A stretch of 64,000 nucleotides of DNA. It comes from Clostridia bacterium. GTDB taxonomy: Bacteria; Bacillota; Clostridia; Acetivibrionales; JAFADI01. Shown here one piece after another: positions 38,337 through 47,291 of this stretch. The notes beneath the pieces are model-generated. The model saw only the letters and a list, made by a program, of their open reading frames with translations, did no database searches and was not told the DNA's origin. Positions within the stretch are counted from its first letter, which is position 1. Each line of letters opens with the position of its first letter. The translations under genes and the position numbers were made by a program. Location of the stretch: the NCBI GenBank assembly GCA_026417615.1, contig JAOACY010000120.1, forward strand, positions 24,709 through 88,708. Reading direction: 5' to 3'.

Positions 38337-40169
38337 ATGTGTAAGCTGAAAGCATTTTTTGCAGTTATACCAAAAAAGGCCGTTATTATTATTTTTTTGA
38401 TAGCAGTGCTGGGGGCAGGAGGATATTTAGCTTTCAAAAGTGTAACTGCTGCAGGTGCAAAGAGCACAACAAGGGAAAACACTGCCAGGGTAGCAAGAGG
38501 AGACCTTGAAGTTTTCATATCAGGCACGGGTACGGTACAGCCAATAGCAAGGTTTGATATAGTTCCGCTGGTTAAGGGGAAAATACTTGAAGCACAATAT
38601 GAAGAAGGTGCATACGTAAAAAAGGGTGACCTCCTTTATCGGATCGATGACAGTGACCTGTCCTACAATATTCAAAAAGCACAGAACAGTGTTGAAAAAA
38701 TAAGGATTAACTACAAGCAGTCGGTTGAAAGCCTCAGCAGCCTTGTTGTCACTGCACCTTTTAGCGGACAGTTGTCAAACTTTACATTGAAGCCAGGCGA
38801 ACAGGTTGGCAGTAACACAAAGATTGGTGAGTTGATTAATAATAAGAAAATAACAGCTGTTATACCTTATATTCAATCCCAGGCGGCTCAGATCAAAGTT
38901 GGACAGAAGGCAAAGGTGCTTGTGTTAAGCTATTTATCATACTTTGACGGAGAAGTAACCTATGTCAACAGAAACCCATCCAGCACAAATGAAGGAGGCC
39001 TAGTTTGCGATGTGGAAATAGAATTCAATAATCCCGGGGCAATAACGGAAGGAATGGAAGTTTCAAGCATTGTTTCAATAGGTGGTACAGACATTTCAAG
39101 TTCCATAGCGGGGAAAACCGTATATTCCAATAAGCAGCAGATTGTTACTCAGGCTACGGGCAAGGTTAAGCATGTGTTAGTAAGAAACAACGAATGGGTC
39201 AATGCAGGACAGAAAATCCTGGAGATAGAAAATGAAAGCCTGAAGGAAACAATTTACAAAAACTCTCTTGACCTGCAGGACGCCCAGCTTTCACTGGAAG
39301 CACAAAAGAAGCAGCTGGAGAACTACAATATTCTCTCGCCTATAAACGGTACAGTAATCAAAAAGAGTTACAAAGAAGGAGACACTATAAATAACTCAGT
39401 AAGCTCCAACTCAGTACTTATGACAGTGGCTGACCTTTCAAAAATGGTATTCTCCATAAATGTAGATGAGCTGGATATTGCAAAAGTCTCCAAAGGACAA
39501 AAAGTTCAAATTACAGCAGATGCTCTCCCCGGAGAAAATTTAGAAGGTATTGTTACAAATGTATCTGTCGAAGGAACATCACAGAACGGCGTTACTACAT
39601 ATCCTGTTGAAGTTACCATATCAAGCCCCGGAAAACTTAAGCCCGGAATGAATGTCAATGCAAAAATAATGGTTGAAAGCAAAAAGAATGTGTTGTACCT
39701 ACCGGTATCTGCAGTTACAAAGGTTGGAAACAGGGCATTTGTAACAATAAAAGCTAATGGTTCAACAAGGATAATTGATGCAAGGGCTTTACCACCAGAT
39801 AGTCCTGTAAGGCAGGTGGATTCTGAAAATCAGGATAGGGGGACGCGTATCCAAAGAAGGCAGAATGCGCAGCAAGGGGATAACCAGCAACAGGACCAAG
39901 GTCAGCAGCGAATAATTCGACAGAATGGAAGCTTTGCTTCAGAAAATAGAGCTGCGTCTCCAAATTGGCAACGCAAAGAAGTTCAAATAGGTATTAATAA
40001 TGACAATTTCATAGAAATTATAAGTGGGCTTAAAGAGGGTGACACAGTGATTCTTCCTGTATTGTCTGTCAATACCTCCAGCAGCCAAAGCGCAAGGGGC
40101 TTAAACGGAGGAATAGGAGGAATAGGAGGTTTTCCGGGCGGAGGAATGACACGGATACCAAACCGATAA
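38337..40169 (+). CDS. Membrane-fusion adaptor protein with internally duplicated lipoyl/hairpin/barrel core
   Basis: It has an N-terminal TM anchor. Two successive sets of lipoyl half, short hairpin, lipoyl half and barrel are visible: VKGKILEA..GD.LYRIDD / VTAPFSGQL / VGQKAKV, then ATGKVKHV..GQKILEIEN / ILSPINGTV / KGQKVQITAD. A Gln-rich insert and a Gly-rich tail are present. ATG 38337 lies 9 nt after GAGGAG. Confidence 0.8.
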   Translation: MCKLKAFFAVIPKKAVIIIFLIAVLGAGGYLAFKSVTAAGAKSTTRENTARVARGDLEVFISGTGTVQPIARFDIVPLVKGKILEAQYEEGAYVKKGDLLYRIDDSDLSYNIQKAQNSVEKIRINYKQSVESLSSLVVTAPFSGQLSNFTLKPGEQVGSNTKIGELINNKKITAVIPYIQSQAAQIKVGQKAKVLVLSYLSYFDGEVTYVNRNPSSTNEGGLVCDVEIEFNNPGAITEGMEVSSIVSIGGTDISSSIAGKTVYSNKQQIVTQATGKVKHVLVRNNEWVNAGQKILEIENESLKETIYKNSLDLQDAQLSLEAQKKQLENYNILSPINGTVIKKSYKEGDTINNSVSSNSVLMTVADLSKMVFSINVDELDIAKVSKGQKVQITADALPGENLEGIVTNVSVEGTSQNGVTTYPVEVTISSPGKLKPGMNVNAKIMVESKKNVLYLPVSAVTKVGNRAFVTIKANGSTRIIDARALPPDSPVRQVDSENQDRGTRIQRRQNAQQGDNQQQDQGQQRIIRQNGSFASENRAASPNWQRKEVQIGINNDNFIEIISGLKEGDTVILPVLSVNTSSSQSARGLNGGIGGIGGFPGGGMTRIPNR

Positions 40170-40202
40170 GATAAAAGTTGAATTTTTAACGCAGGTGATA
40201 GA

Positions 40203-40880
40203 ATGATTAAAATAGAGGATATTTATAAAACCTATAAAATGGGGCTTACAGAGGTTCATGCGTTGAACGGAGTATCTATTGAGGTTGAAGAAAAAGAGTT
40301 TGTTGCAATTGCAGGACCTTCAGGCTCTGGAAAATCAACCCTTATGAATATTATAGGGTGTCTTGACACTCCCACATCAGGGAAATACTTTCTGGACGGA
40401 AAGGATGTAAGCAGACTTAAAGAGGATGAGCTGTCAGAAATCAGAAATAAAAAAATTGGCTTTATATTCCAGGGATTTAATCTGCTGCCCAAGCTAACGG
40501 CACTTGAAAACGTGGAATTACCACTTATATACCTTGGCATCCGTGGAAAAGAAAGGCATAGACTTGCCATGGAGGCTTTGGAAGGTGTAGGTCTTGGAGA
40601 CAGGATAAGGCACAAACCTTCAGAGCTGTCAGGAGGACAGCAGCAGAGGGTGGCTATTGCGAGGGCACTTTCAACCAAGCCAGCAATTATTCTTGCTGAT
40701 GAGCCGACAGGCTCCTTAGACTCAAAAACAGGAGCAGAAATAATGAAAATGTTAAAGGATCTTAACCAGTCTGGAAAAACCATTATTCTAATAACACATG
40801 ACACAGGCATAGCAAGCCAAGCAGCTAGAATGATCAACATATACGACGGAAAAGTGCTTAAAGAGAGCGGGGTGGCTTAG
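40203..40880 (+). CDS. MacB-type ABC transporter ATP-binding protein
   Basis: [35 protein letters not shown] and ITHD motifs are present. Confidence 0.92.
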   Translation: MIKIEDIYKTYKMGLTEVHALNGVSIEVEEKEFVAIAGPSGSGKSTLMNIIGCLDTPTSGKYFLDGKDVSRLKEDELSEIRNKKIGFIFQGFNLLPKLTALENVELPLIYLGIRGKERHRLAMEALEGVGLGDRIRHKPSELSGGQQQRVAIARALSTKPAIILADEPTGSLDSKTGAEIMKMLKDLNQSGKTIILITHDTGIASQAARMINIYDGKVLKESGVA

Positions 40881-42056
40881 ATGCAATGGTTACAGGCCCT
40901 GCGCATGGCAATAAAAAGCATTTCCGGGAATAAAATGCGTTCTTCGCTGACTATGCTTGGAATAATAATTGGAGTAAGTGCTGTAATAATAATGGCAAGC
41001 CTTGTTCAGGGAACAACAAGGCAAATCACAGAACGACTGCAAAGCATGGGTACAAATATGATAAACGTCAATATTATTGGGAGAGGCAGTACCCGAACTG
41101 TTACAGATGCCGATCTTTTCCAATTTCAGCAGAATAACAGTGCTATAATTGAGGCTGTTGCGCCTGTGTTAAACGGTAATGTTACTATTAAGTTTGGGAA
41201 CAGGAATATTTCTACCAATATTGAAGGGACAAACGAGGCATATGAAACCGTCAGGAACACGAAAGTCCAGGAAGGAAGATTCATTAATGCTCTGGATGTG
41301 GAAAGAAGGCAAAAGGTTGTCCTGATAGGGTCATATATCGCTAACGAGCTCTTTGGCGGATTAAGTCCCATAGGGCAGGAAATCAAGCTTAACGGTGATT
41401 TGTTTACAGTTGCCGGTGTTCTGGAGGTAAAATCAAACAGTTCAGCCCAATCCACGGATGATAAGGTCATAATACCATATACAACTGCTAAAAGATTGCT
41501 AAGAAATGCCGCAATAAGGAATTTCTACATTCAGGCAAAAACTCCTGATAAAGTAGATGACGCCATGACAGTTCTGCAGGAGTTCCTGTACAGGATTTTC
41601 AACAGCAATGATGCATACAGGGTATTCAATCAGGCAGATATGCTTGACAGCATAAATGAGACAACCAGAACAATGACAATGATGCTTGGTGGAATAGCTG
41701 GCATATCACTTCTGGTAGGCGGTATTGGGATAATGAATATTATGCTGGTGTCAGTGACTGAAAGGACAAGGGAAATTGGTATAAGAAAGGCAATCGGGGC
41801 AAAGAGGAAAAGCATTCTTGGACAGTTTTTGATTGAAGCAATAGTTGTCAGCTGTATGGGTGGAATTTTGGGAATAATTGCCGGTATCGCAGCATCAAGC
41901 TTAATAGGAAAAGCAATGCAAATTCAAGCGGAAACATCAGCTTTGATCATTACTATATCATTTGGCTTCTCTGTATTAGTAGGAGTTTTCTTTGGCTGGT
42001 ACCCGGCAAACAAGGCTTCGAAGCTTAATGCTATTGAGGCTCTAAGGGTGGAATAA
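40881..42056 (+). CDS. MacB-type ABC permease, FtsX family
   Basis: It has the same architecture as 30981-32186. The C-terminal motif is ERTREIGIRKAIGA...YPANKASKLNAIEALR. Confidence 0.9.
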   Translation: MQWLQALRMAIKSISGNKMRSSLTMLGIIIGVSAVIIMASLVQGTTRQITERLQSMGTNMINVNIIGRGSTRTVTDADLFQFQQNNSAIIEAVAPVLNGNVTIKFGNRNISTNIEGTNEAYETVRNTKVQEGRFINALDVERRQKVVLIGSYIANELFGGLSPIGQEIKLNGDLFTVAGVLEVKSNSSAQSTDDKVIIPYTTAKRLLRNAAIRNFYIQAKTPDKVDDAMTVLQEFLYRIFNSNDAYRVFNQADMLDSINETTRTMTMMLGGIAGISLLVGGIGIMNIMLVSVTERTREIGIRKAIGAKRKSILGQFLIEAIVVSCMGGILGIIAGIAASSLIGKAMQIQAETSALIITISFGFSVLVGVFFGWYPANKASKLNAIEALRVE

Positions 42057-42068
42057 TATTAACAGTTT

Positions 42069-42086
42069 GTTCATAGAATTTTCACC
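42069..42086 (+). promoter_or_regulatory. Weaker third copy of the TGTTCA-type repeat
   Basis: TGTTCATA (42069-42076) and TTTTCACC (42079-42086) have a 10-bp period. No convincing -10 hexamer follows. Confidence 0.25.
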
Positions 42087-42154
42087 ATTTAAACATGAAA
42101 TATGGATAGACTAGTATTGTAGGTGCCTATAATAAAAAATGAAGGAGATGAACC

Positions 42155-42673
42155 ATGAAGAAGAATTTGTTGGCAGTAACAGTTATGGTTTTTGTAACGG
42201 CTGCAACAGTAATGGCAGGTTCAATAACGGTTTTTGCCGGGCAGTCTGAGAATGGCAGCCATAAAGCATTTTACAAATGTTTCATGAAAGGAACAGAAAA
42301 AAATTTCTCTGCTGAAAAGCTTGAAGAAAAAAAGAAAATTATTCAGAAGATGGTGCAGGAAGGTAAGCTGACTCAGGAGGAAGCAAACAAAAAAATTGAG
42401 CAAATTGATGCCAGAGTAAAGGAAATCAATGAATTTAACAGCTTGACTTTGGAGAAGAAGAAGGAAAAGCTTTTGAAGGAATTCAAAGACCGCATGGATC
42501 AGAAAGTGAAAGATGGGAAAATAAACCAGGAAAAAGCAGACAAAATGCTTTCGGATTTTAAAGCAAAGGTGGATAAGTGGGATGGAACAGGTAATCCCGC
42601 CTTTCATGCAAAAGGTTTAAAAGGCTGCAAGGGATTTGAAAAAGGCATATGTAGAATGAAAAACAATATGTAA
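42155..42673 (+). CDS. Secreted Lys/Glu-rich coiled-coil protein of unknown function
   Basis: A signal peptide (MKKNLLAVTVMVFVTAATVMAGSITVFA) is present. Repeated G-K-L/I-T/N-Q-E-E/K-A-N/D-K motifs resemble DUF2680-type proteins, but I have not verified that assignment. Confidence 0.55.
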   Translation: MKKNLLAVTVMVFVTAATVMAGSITVFAGQSENGSHKAFYKCFMKGTEKNFSAEKLEEKKKIIQKMVQEGKLTQEEANKKIEQIDARVKEINEFNSLTLEKKKEKLLKEFKDRMDQKVKDGKINQEKADKMLSDFKAKVDKWDGTGNPAFHAKGLKGCKGFEKGICRMKNNM

Positions 42674-42701
42674 AAGGAAGCAGGGCTGCCTGCTTCCTTT
42701 T
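42672..42701. terminator. Bidirectional terminator between convergent genes
   Basis: AAAAGGAAGCAGG-gctg-CCTGCTTCCTTTT forms a 13-bp stem with A and T runs on either side. Confidence 0.8.
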
Positions 42702-43929
42702 AGAATATATTCTTGTAGGACACTGCATTCCTGCCTTTGTGCTTTGACTGGTAGAGACCGTCATCAGCGGAAGCTATAAGCCCTTTGGCGTCTAAGGCGT
42801 CTGTGGGGTAGTGGGCTAAACCTATGGATACTGTAAAGTGAGGAGACTCAGTTTCAGCCACTTTCTTTCTAAACCGCTCTGCGATAAGCCTTGCCTGTGG
42901 GACAGAAGTTTCCGGCAATACTATTATGAATTCGTCCCCACCGTATCTTCCAAGGCTGTCTATTTCTCTTATACTCCTTAAGGCTATGAGGGCAAGCTTC
43001 TTAATGCACTTGTCGCCCTCGATATGACCAAGTGTATCATTAATTGTTTTAAAATTGTCAATATCAAACATTATAATTGAGAATTCCCTGGTTTCCTTTG
43101 ACTCAATAAGCTTATTTATTGTTTCCATTATTGCAGCCTTGTTATAAGCTTTTGTAAGAGCATCGGTTCTTGCAATATTGCTTAGTTTTTCGTTTGAACG
43201 TTCAATCTCGAGTACTCGCTTTCTGACTTCAAGGTTGAGGTTTTTGTCTACTGCCGCAACCTTTTTCTCTGCCTCCTCAAGCATATTGATAAGTTTCAGG
43301 CCTATTTTCTTGTTGAAATAAAAGCAAAACAGGCAATATGCGGCCAGCCTTAATCCCGGCGAAATATAGGCTGTTAAATACACGGGATGTGATAATGGGA
43401 CTAAACTTGAAGCTGTAATGCAAGCTCCGGCCCATGACAGGACAACTTTGCCGTCTTTTTCGTTTCGGAGTTTTATTATGTATAGCAGAAACAACACCAT
43501 TATTATAATACTCCTTATATGAAAAGCCTTTATATACTGAGGCAAAACAGAATAAGTTTCAATTGCCCAGATAAGGCTGAATGTAAAGGCTGTAAGAAGT
43601 ATTTGAAATGTTTTTTTCTGGCTGATACCCGGCTTAATCCATATTATCAGCAGCAAGGCTGCCATCAGACATAAATCCGACATGGCAGCGAAGGGATATG
43701 CATTGCCTGCATTAGCAGTAAAAAATGAAGCAATATTTAAGGAGAGCGGAATAATAAAAGCATAGCCCAAAAGTTTTACTTGAGAGTGCTTTCTGATTAG
43801 TAAAAAAGCATAGGTGAAAATGAAAAACGAAAAGCAAAGTGACACTACCAGTGAAATCTTATTGGCAGCAATAGAATAAAACATAGAAAAAACCTCCTGG
43901 TTAATATTGCTATGAATAGTAATCGACAT
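42700..43929 (-). CDS. Membrane-anchored diguanylate cyclase (GGDEF)
   Basis: The N-terminal domain is polytopic with about 7 TM segments, followed by a coiled linker. The GGDEF domain has an intact active site, RYGGDEF. An RxxD I-site (REID) lies 5 residues upstream of it. Confidence 0.9.
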   Translation of the reverse strand: MSITIHSNINQEVFSMFYSIAANKISLVVSLCFSFFIFTYAFLLIRKHSQVKLLGYAFIIPLSLNIASFFTANAGNAYPFAAMSDLCLMAALLLIIWIKPGISQKKTFQILLTAFTFSLIWAIETYSVLPQYIKAFHIRSIIIMVLFLLYIIKLRNEKDGKVVLSWAGACITASSLVPLSHPVYLTAYISPGLRLAAYCLFCFYFNKKIGLKLINMLEEAEKKVAAVDKNLNLEVRKRVLEIERSNEKLSNIARTDALTKAYNKAAIMETINKLIESKETREFSIIMFDIDNFKTINDTLGHIEGDKCIKKLALIALRSIREIDSLGRYGGDEFIIVLPETSVPQARLIAERFRKKVAETESPHFTVSIGLAHYPTDALDAKGLIASADDGLYQSKHKGRNAVSYKNIF

Positions 43930-44059
43930 TTTTAAACATTTCGATTATACATAGAATATACCATATTTAATTAAAAGGAAAGGACATACCTCTACTTTTA
44001 ATTTTATATTCTTAGATATTGAGGAATGTCCCAACAAGGTTTTTTGTTATTTTAAAACT

Positions 44060-44262
44060 GATTCTGCTGCAAAAACCCATTTTCGGAAACTTCGATGAAA
44101 TCACTAACACCTTGTCTTGCAATTTCTCGCCCGCATCAATGTGGCATCCTGCCACGTGATGCTCAAAATGCCGTCCGTGGCATTTTGGCATCGGAATTAC
44201 TGCAACTTCGGTGAGTGATTTATGCATCTTGCTTCAAGAAAAGCTATTTTTGCAGTAGAATC
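44060..44262 (-). mobile_element. Full-length (203 bp) MITE-like nested-palindrome repeat, copy B, inverted relative to copy A
   Basis: The termini are GATTCTGCTGCAAAAAC and TTTTTGCAGTAGAATC. A direct AAAACT is present at 44054-44059 and 44263-44268. Internal hairpins lie at 44141-44155 and 44165-44186. Confidence 0.75.
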
Positions 44263-44282
44263 AAAACTATGATTTGCTTTTT

Positions 44283-44450
44283 TTACCCTCTCCACTTCTT
44301 AATCATATAGCCCCAGAACATTCCCTTTGCGAATGACAATGCAAGAATGCCTGCGGCAGCCGCAGCCGTCAGTGTAAGTGTATTTTCATTGTTTTCCTCT
44401 GCTTGCTTTTTATATACTCTTGGATGCCTTCTATATTTTGTATATTCCAT
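44283..44450 (-). CDS. Unannotated 55-aa small membrane protein candidate
   Basis: The translation is MEYTKYRRHPRVYKKQAEENNENTLTLTAAAAAGILALSFAKGMFWGYMIKKWRG. A GGAGGG RBS lies 8 nt upstream. The N-terminus is basic and one hydrophobic helix is present. It is too short to appear in the ORF track. Confidence 0.4.
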   Translation of the reverse strand: MEYTKYRRHPRVYKKQAEENNENTLTLTAAAAAGILALSFAKGMFWGYMIKKWRG

Positions 44451-44632
44451 TTATAATCCCTCCGGCAATAGTCTATTAAAATCTTGTTATATTTAGTTTT
44501 TACTGAAAATTGCGATATATGACGGATTATTATGGTTTATCTCTTTTGCAAATAAATTTCTTCCAAATATTGAATAGTCTGCTTTGTTTTTATTATACTA
44601 GTAATATAAAATTCATCGGAAGGACGGGATAT

Positions 44633-45916
44633 ATGGTTAGCGCTTCTGTAAACGAACAGCTTTCAAAGATTGCAGCCTTTAACGGCATAGAAGTATTCTG
44701 GATTAAATCCCGGAAATTTAAGACAAATTCAATAAATATTTTCTTTTGCGACAACCTGTGCAGGGAGAATGCAGCCAAAAACGCACTGGTGCCTGCCCTG
44801 CTAAGGCGAGGCTGTGCAAGTCACCCAACCTTTGGGGATATCGCCCTTTATCTTGAAGAGCTTTACGGAGCCTCCTTTGATTGCGGAGTTAGCAAGAAAG
44901 GAGAGTATCATATTGTTCAGTTCTATATAGATCATATAAACGATAAATTTGCCGGGGATAATATATCATTATTTGAAAAATGCATGGATTTGCTTTTGGA
45001 AATAATTAATGAGCCGGTTGCTGAGGACGGAGCTTTTAAAAAGGATTATGTGGAACAGGAAAAGGAAAACTTAAGAAGGCTTATCGAAAGCAGAGTGAAC
45101 GATAAAGCCCAATATGCGGTCGAAAGGTGCTATGAAGTGATGTGCGGCGATGAACCCTTCGGAGTATATGAATACGGTGCTGCTGAAGACATTTCGGCAA
45201 TAAGCCCGGAAGATTTGTTCAAACACTATGGATATATGCTTGAGAGTTTGCCTATGCTCGTTTTTATAGCCGGTGACATAGAAGATGACAAAGTCAATTC
45301 TGCCATAAAAAAGCTTTCTGCAATCGAACGCAAAAGTATAAAAAAATTAGATGCTGCAATCTGCAAAAAGGAAGTAGAAAGCATAAGGAATGAAGTTGAG
45401 CACATGAGCGTCAACCAGGGTAAATTATGCCTTGGCTTCAGGACAAATACCGACCCGGGCGACAAGGACTATTGCTCACTTCTGGTCTACAACACGATTC
45501 TTGGAGGAGGGGTGCATTCAAAGCTTTTCCAGAATATCAGAGAAAAGGAAAGCATGGCTTACTATGCCTATTCCAGGCTTGAGAAATTTAAGGGCCTTAT
45601 GGTTGTAAGCAGTGGAATTGAAAGCTCAAACAAGGATAAGGTAATTGATATAGTTTTAAAACAAATGGAGGATATGAAGGCTGGCAGGATATCGGATTAC
45701 GAGTATGACTCAAGTATAAATACCATAGAAACAGGAGTCAAATCCCTTGCTGACAGCCAGTTGTCCATAGTGGACTTTTTCCTTGGTCAGACATTGATAA
45801 AGGCGGAGGATGACTTTGAAAGCCTGATACAGAAGGTAAAAGCAGTTACCAGGGAGGATATTGTCAGAGCCGCTGAGAGAATCAAGCTGGATACGATATA
45901 CTTTTTAACAGCCTGA
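44633..45916 (+). CDS. M16-family peptidase-like protein lacking the HxxEH zinc motif (non-catalytic partner)
   Basis: The length and fold resemble the downstream M16 gene. No HxxEH motif appears in the N-terminal region. ATG 44633 is preferred over the upstream GTG/ATG in the track. Confidence 0.7.
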   Translation: MVSASVNEQLSKIAAFNGIEVFWIKSRKFKTNSINIFFCDNLCRENAAKNALVPALLRRGCASHPTFGDIALYLEELYGASFDCGVSKKGEYHIVQFYIDHINDKFAGDNISLFEKCMDLLLEIINEPVAEDGAFKKDYVEQEKENLRRLIESRVNDKAQYAVERCYEVMCGDEPFGVYEYGAAEDISAISPEDLFKHYGYMLESLPMLVFIAGDIEDDKVNSAIKKLSAIERKSIKKLDAAICKKEVESIRNEVEHMSVNQGKLCLGFRTNTDPGDKDYCSLLVYNTILGGGVHSKLFQNIREKESMAYYAYSRLEKFKGLMVVSSGIESSNKDKVIDIVLKQMEDMKAGRISDYEYDSSINTIETGVKSLADSQLSIVDFFLGQTLIKAEDDFESLIQKVKAVTREDIVRAAERIKLDTIYFLTA

Positions 45917-45995
45917 AATTTCAGTGAAATGGCCTTTGCCCAATTACTTTTTCCATGTAAAAAATATTTGCTGCATTTAGCAAAGGAGTGATTTT

Positions 45996-47279
45996 ATGCA
46001 AATAAATACCCTGGAATACAAAAAAATTGACGAAATTATGTATGAATATGAGCACTCCAGCGGACTGAAGGCATATGTTGTACCCAAAAAGGGCTATTCT
46101 AAGCAATACGCTGCATTTGCAACCCACTACGGTTCAATTAACAATGCTTTTGTTTCGCCCGGTGATTCTGAAATCACAGAGGTGCCTGACGGTATAGCTC
46201 ATTTTCTTGAACACAAGCTTTTTGAACAGGAAGATGGCAGTGTAATGGATAAGTTTTCGGCGCTGGGTTCAAGCCCCAATGCATATACCAGCTTCAGCCA
46301 GACGGTTTATCTTTTTGCAAGCGCGGGAAAGTTCCATGAAAACTTCAAGCTTTTGCTTGATTTTGTTCAGAATCCTTACATAACAAGTGAAAGTGTCGAA
46401 AGGGAGAAGGGAATAATTGGTCAGGAAATAAGGATGTATGAAGATGATGCGACATGGAGAGTGTTCTTCAATCTTCTTAGAGGCTTGTATGAAAAAAATC
46501 CGGTACGAATTGACATAGCCGGAACCGTTGAAAGCATCAGCAAAATTGATCGGGAGAACCTTTACAAGTGCTATAATACTTTCTACCACCCATCCAACAT
46601 GGTTATACTTGTTACCGGAGATGTAGATCACAAAAAGGTTTTCGAGCAGGTTGAAAGCAGTATAAAGCTGATCCAAAGCAAACCGGAAATAAATAGGATT
46701 TTTGCCGAAGAACCTGCAAAGGTCAATATGCCTTATACCGAGCAATCAATGGCTGTTGCAGTTCCGCTGTTTCAGCTGGGCTTTAAGGACAGCGGCGCAA
46801 AAGCAAAGGGCTTTGACAGCCTCATGCGTGAAATTGCTGTAAAAATACTTCTTGAAATGATAGTTGGAAGGAGCTCGAAGCTTTATAACGACCTCTATAG
46901 TGAAGGCTTGATAAACAGTTCATTTGATTTTGATTTCACAATTGAAGAGAATTATGCTTTTTCCATGCTCGGGGGAGAATCCAAAGACCCGCATCAGGTG
47001 CGGGACAGAATTGTCGAAGAGATAAAAAGGCTTGGCACCAATGGATTAAATAAAGAGAACTATGAAAGAATCAAACGGGCAATAAATGGCAGATTCATAA
47101 GGTACCTGAACTCTGTCGAGAGGATTTCTCACATGTTTATACCGGTATATTTCAGGGATGCGAACTTGTTTGACTATTTTGACGTTTATGATAAAATTAC
47201 ATTTGAGTATTCAAAGGAGGTTTTCAACGACCATTTCAATCCTGACAATATCGCATTGTCTGTGATTAAACCATTATAA
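45996..47279 (+). CDS. M16-family zinc metallopeptidase (insulinase/pitrilysin type)
   Basis: The inverted zinc motif HFLEH (GIAHFLEHKLFE) is present, with a downstream Glu in EKGIIGQEIRMYED. Confidence 0.85.
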   Translation: MQINTLEYKKIDEIMYEYEHSSGLKAYVVPKKGYSKQYAAFATHYGSINNAFVSPGDSEITEVPDGIAHFLEHKLFEQEDGSVMDKFSALGSSPNAYTSFSQTVYLFASAGKFHENFKLLLDFVQNPYITSESVEREKGIIGQEIRMYEDDATWRVFFNLLRGLYEKNPVRIDIAGTVESISKIDRENLYKCYNTFYHPSNMVILVTGDVDHKKVFEQVESSIKLIQSKPEINRIFAEEPAKVNMPYTEQSMAVAVPLFQLGFKDSGAKAKGFDSLMREIAVKILLEMIVGRSSKLYNDLYSEGLINSSFDFDFTIEENYAFSMLGGESKDPHQVRDRIVEEIKRLGTNGLNKENYERIKRAINGRFIRYLNSVERISHMFIPVYFRDANLFDYFDVYDKITFEYSKEVFNDHFNPDNIALSVIKPL

Positions 47280-47291
47280 GGGGGAGAACAC

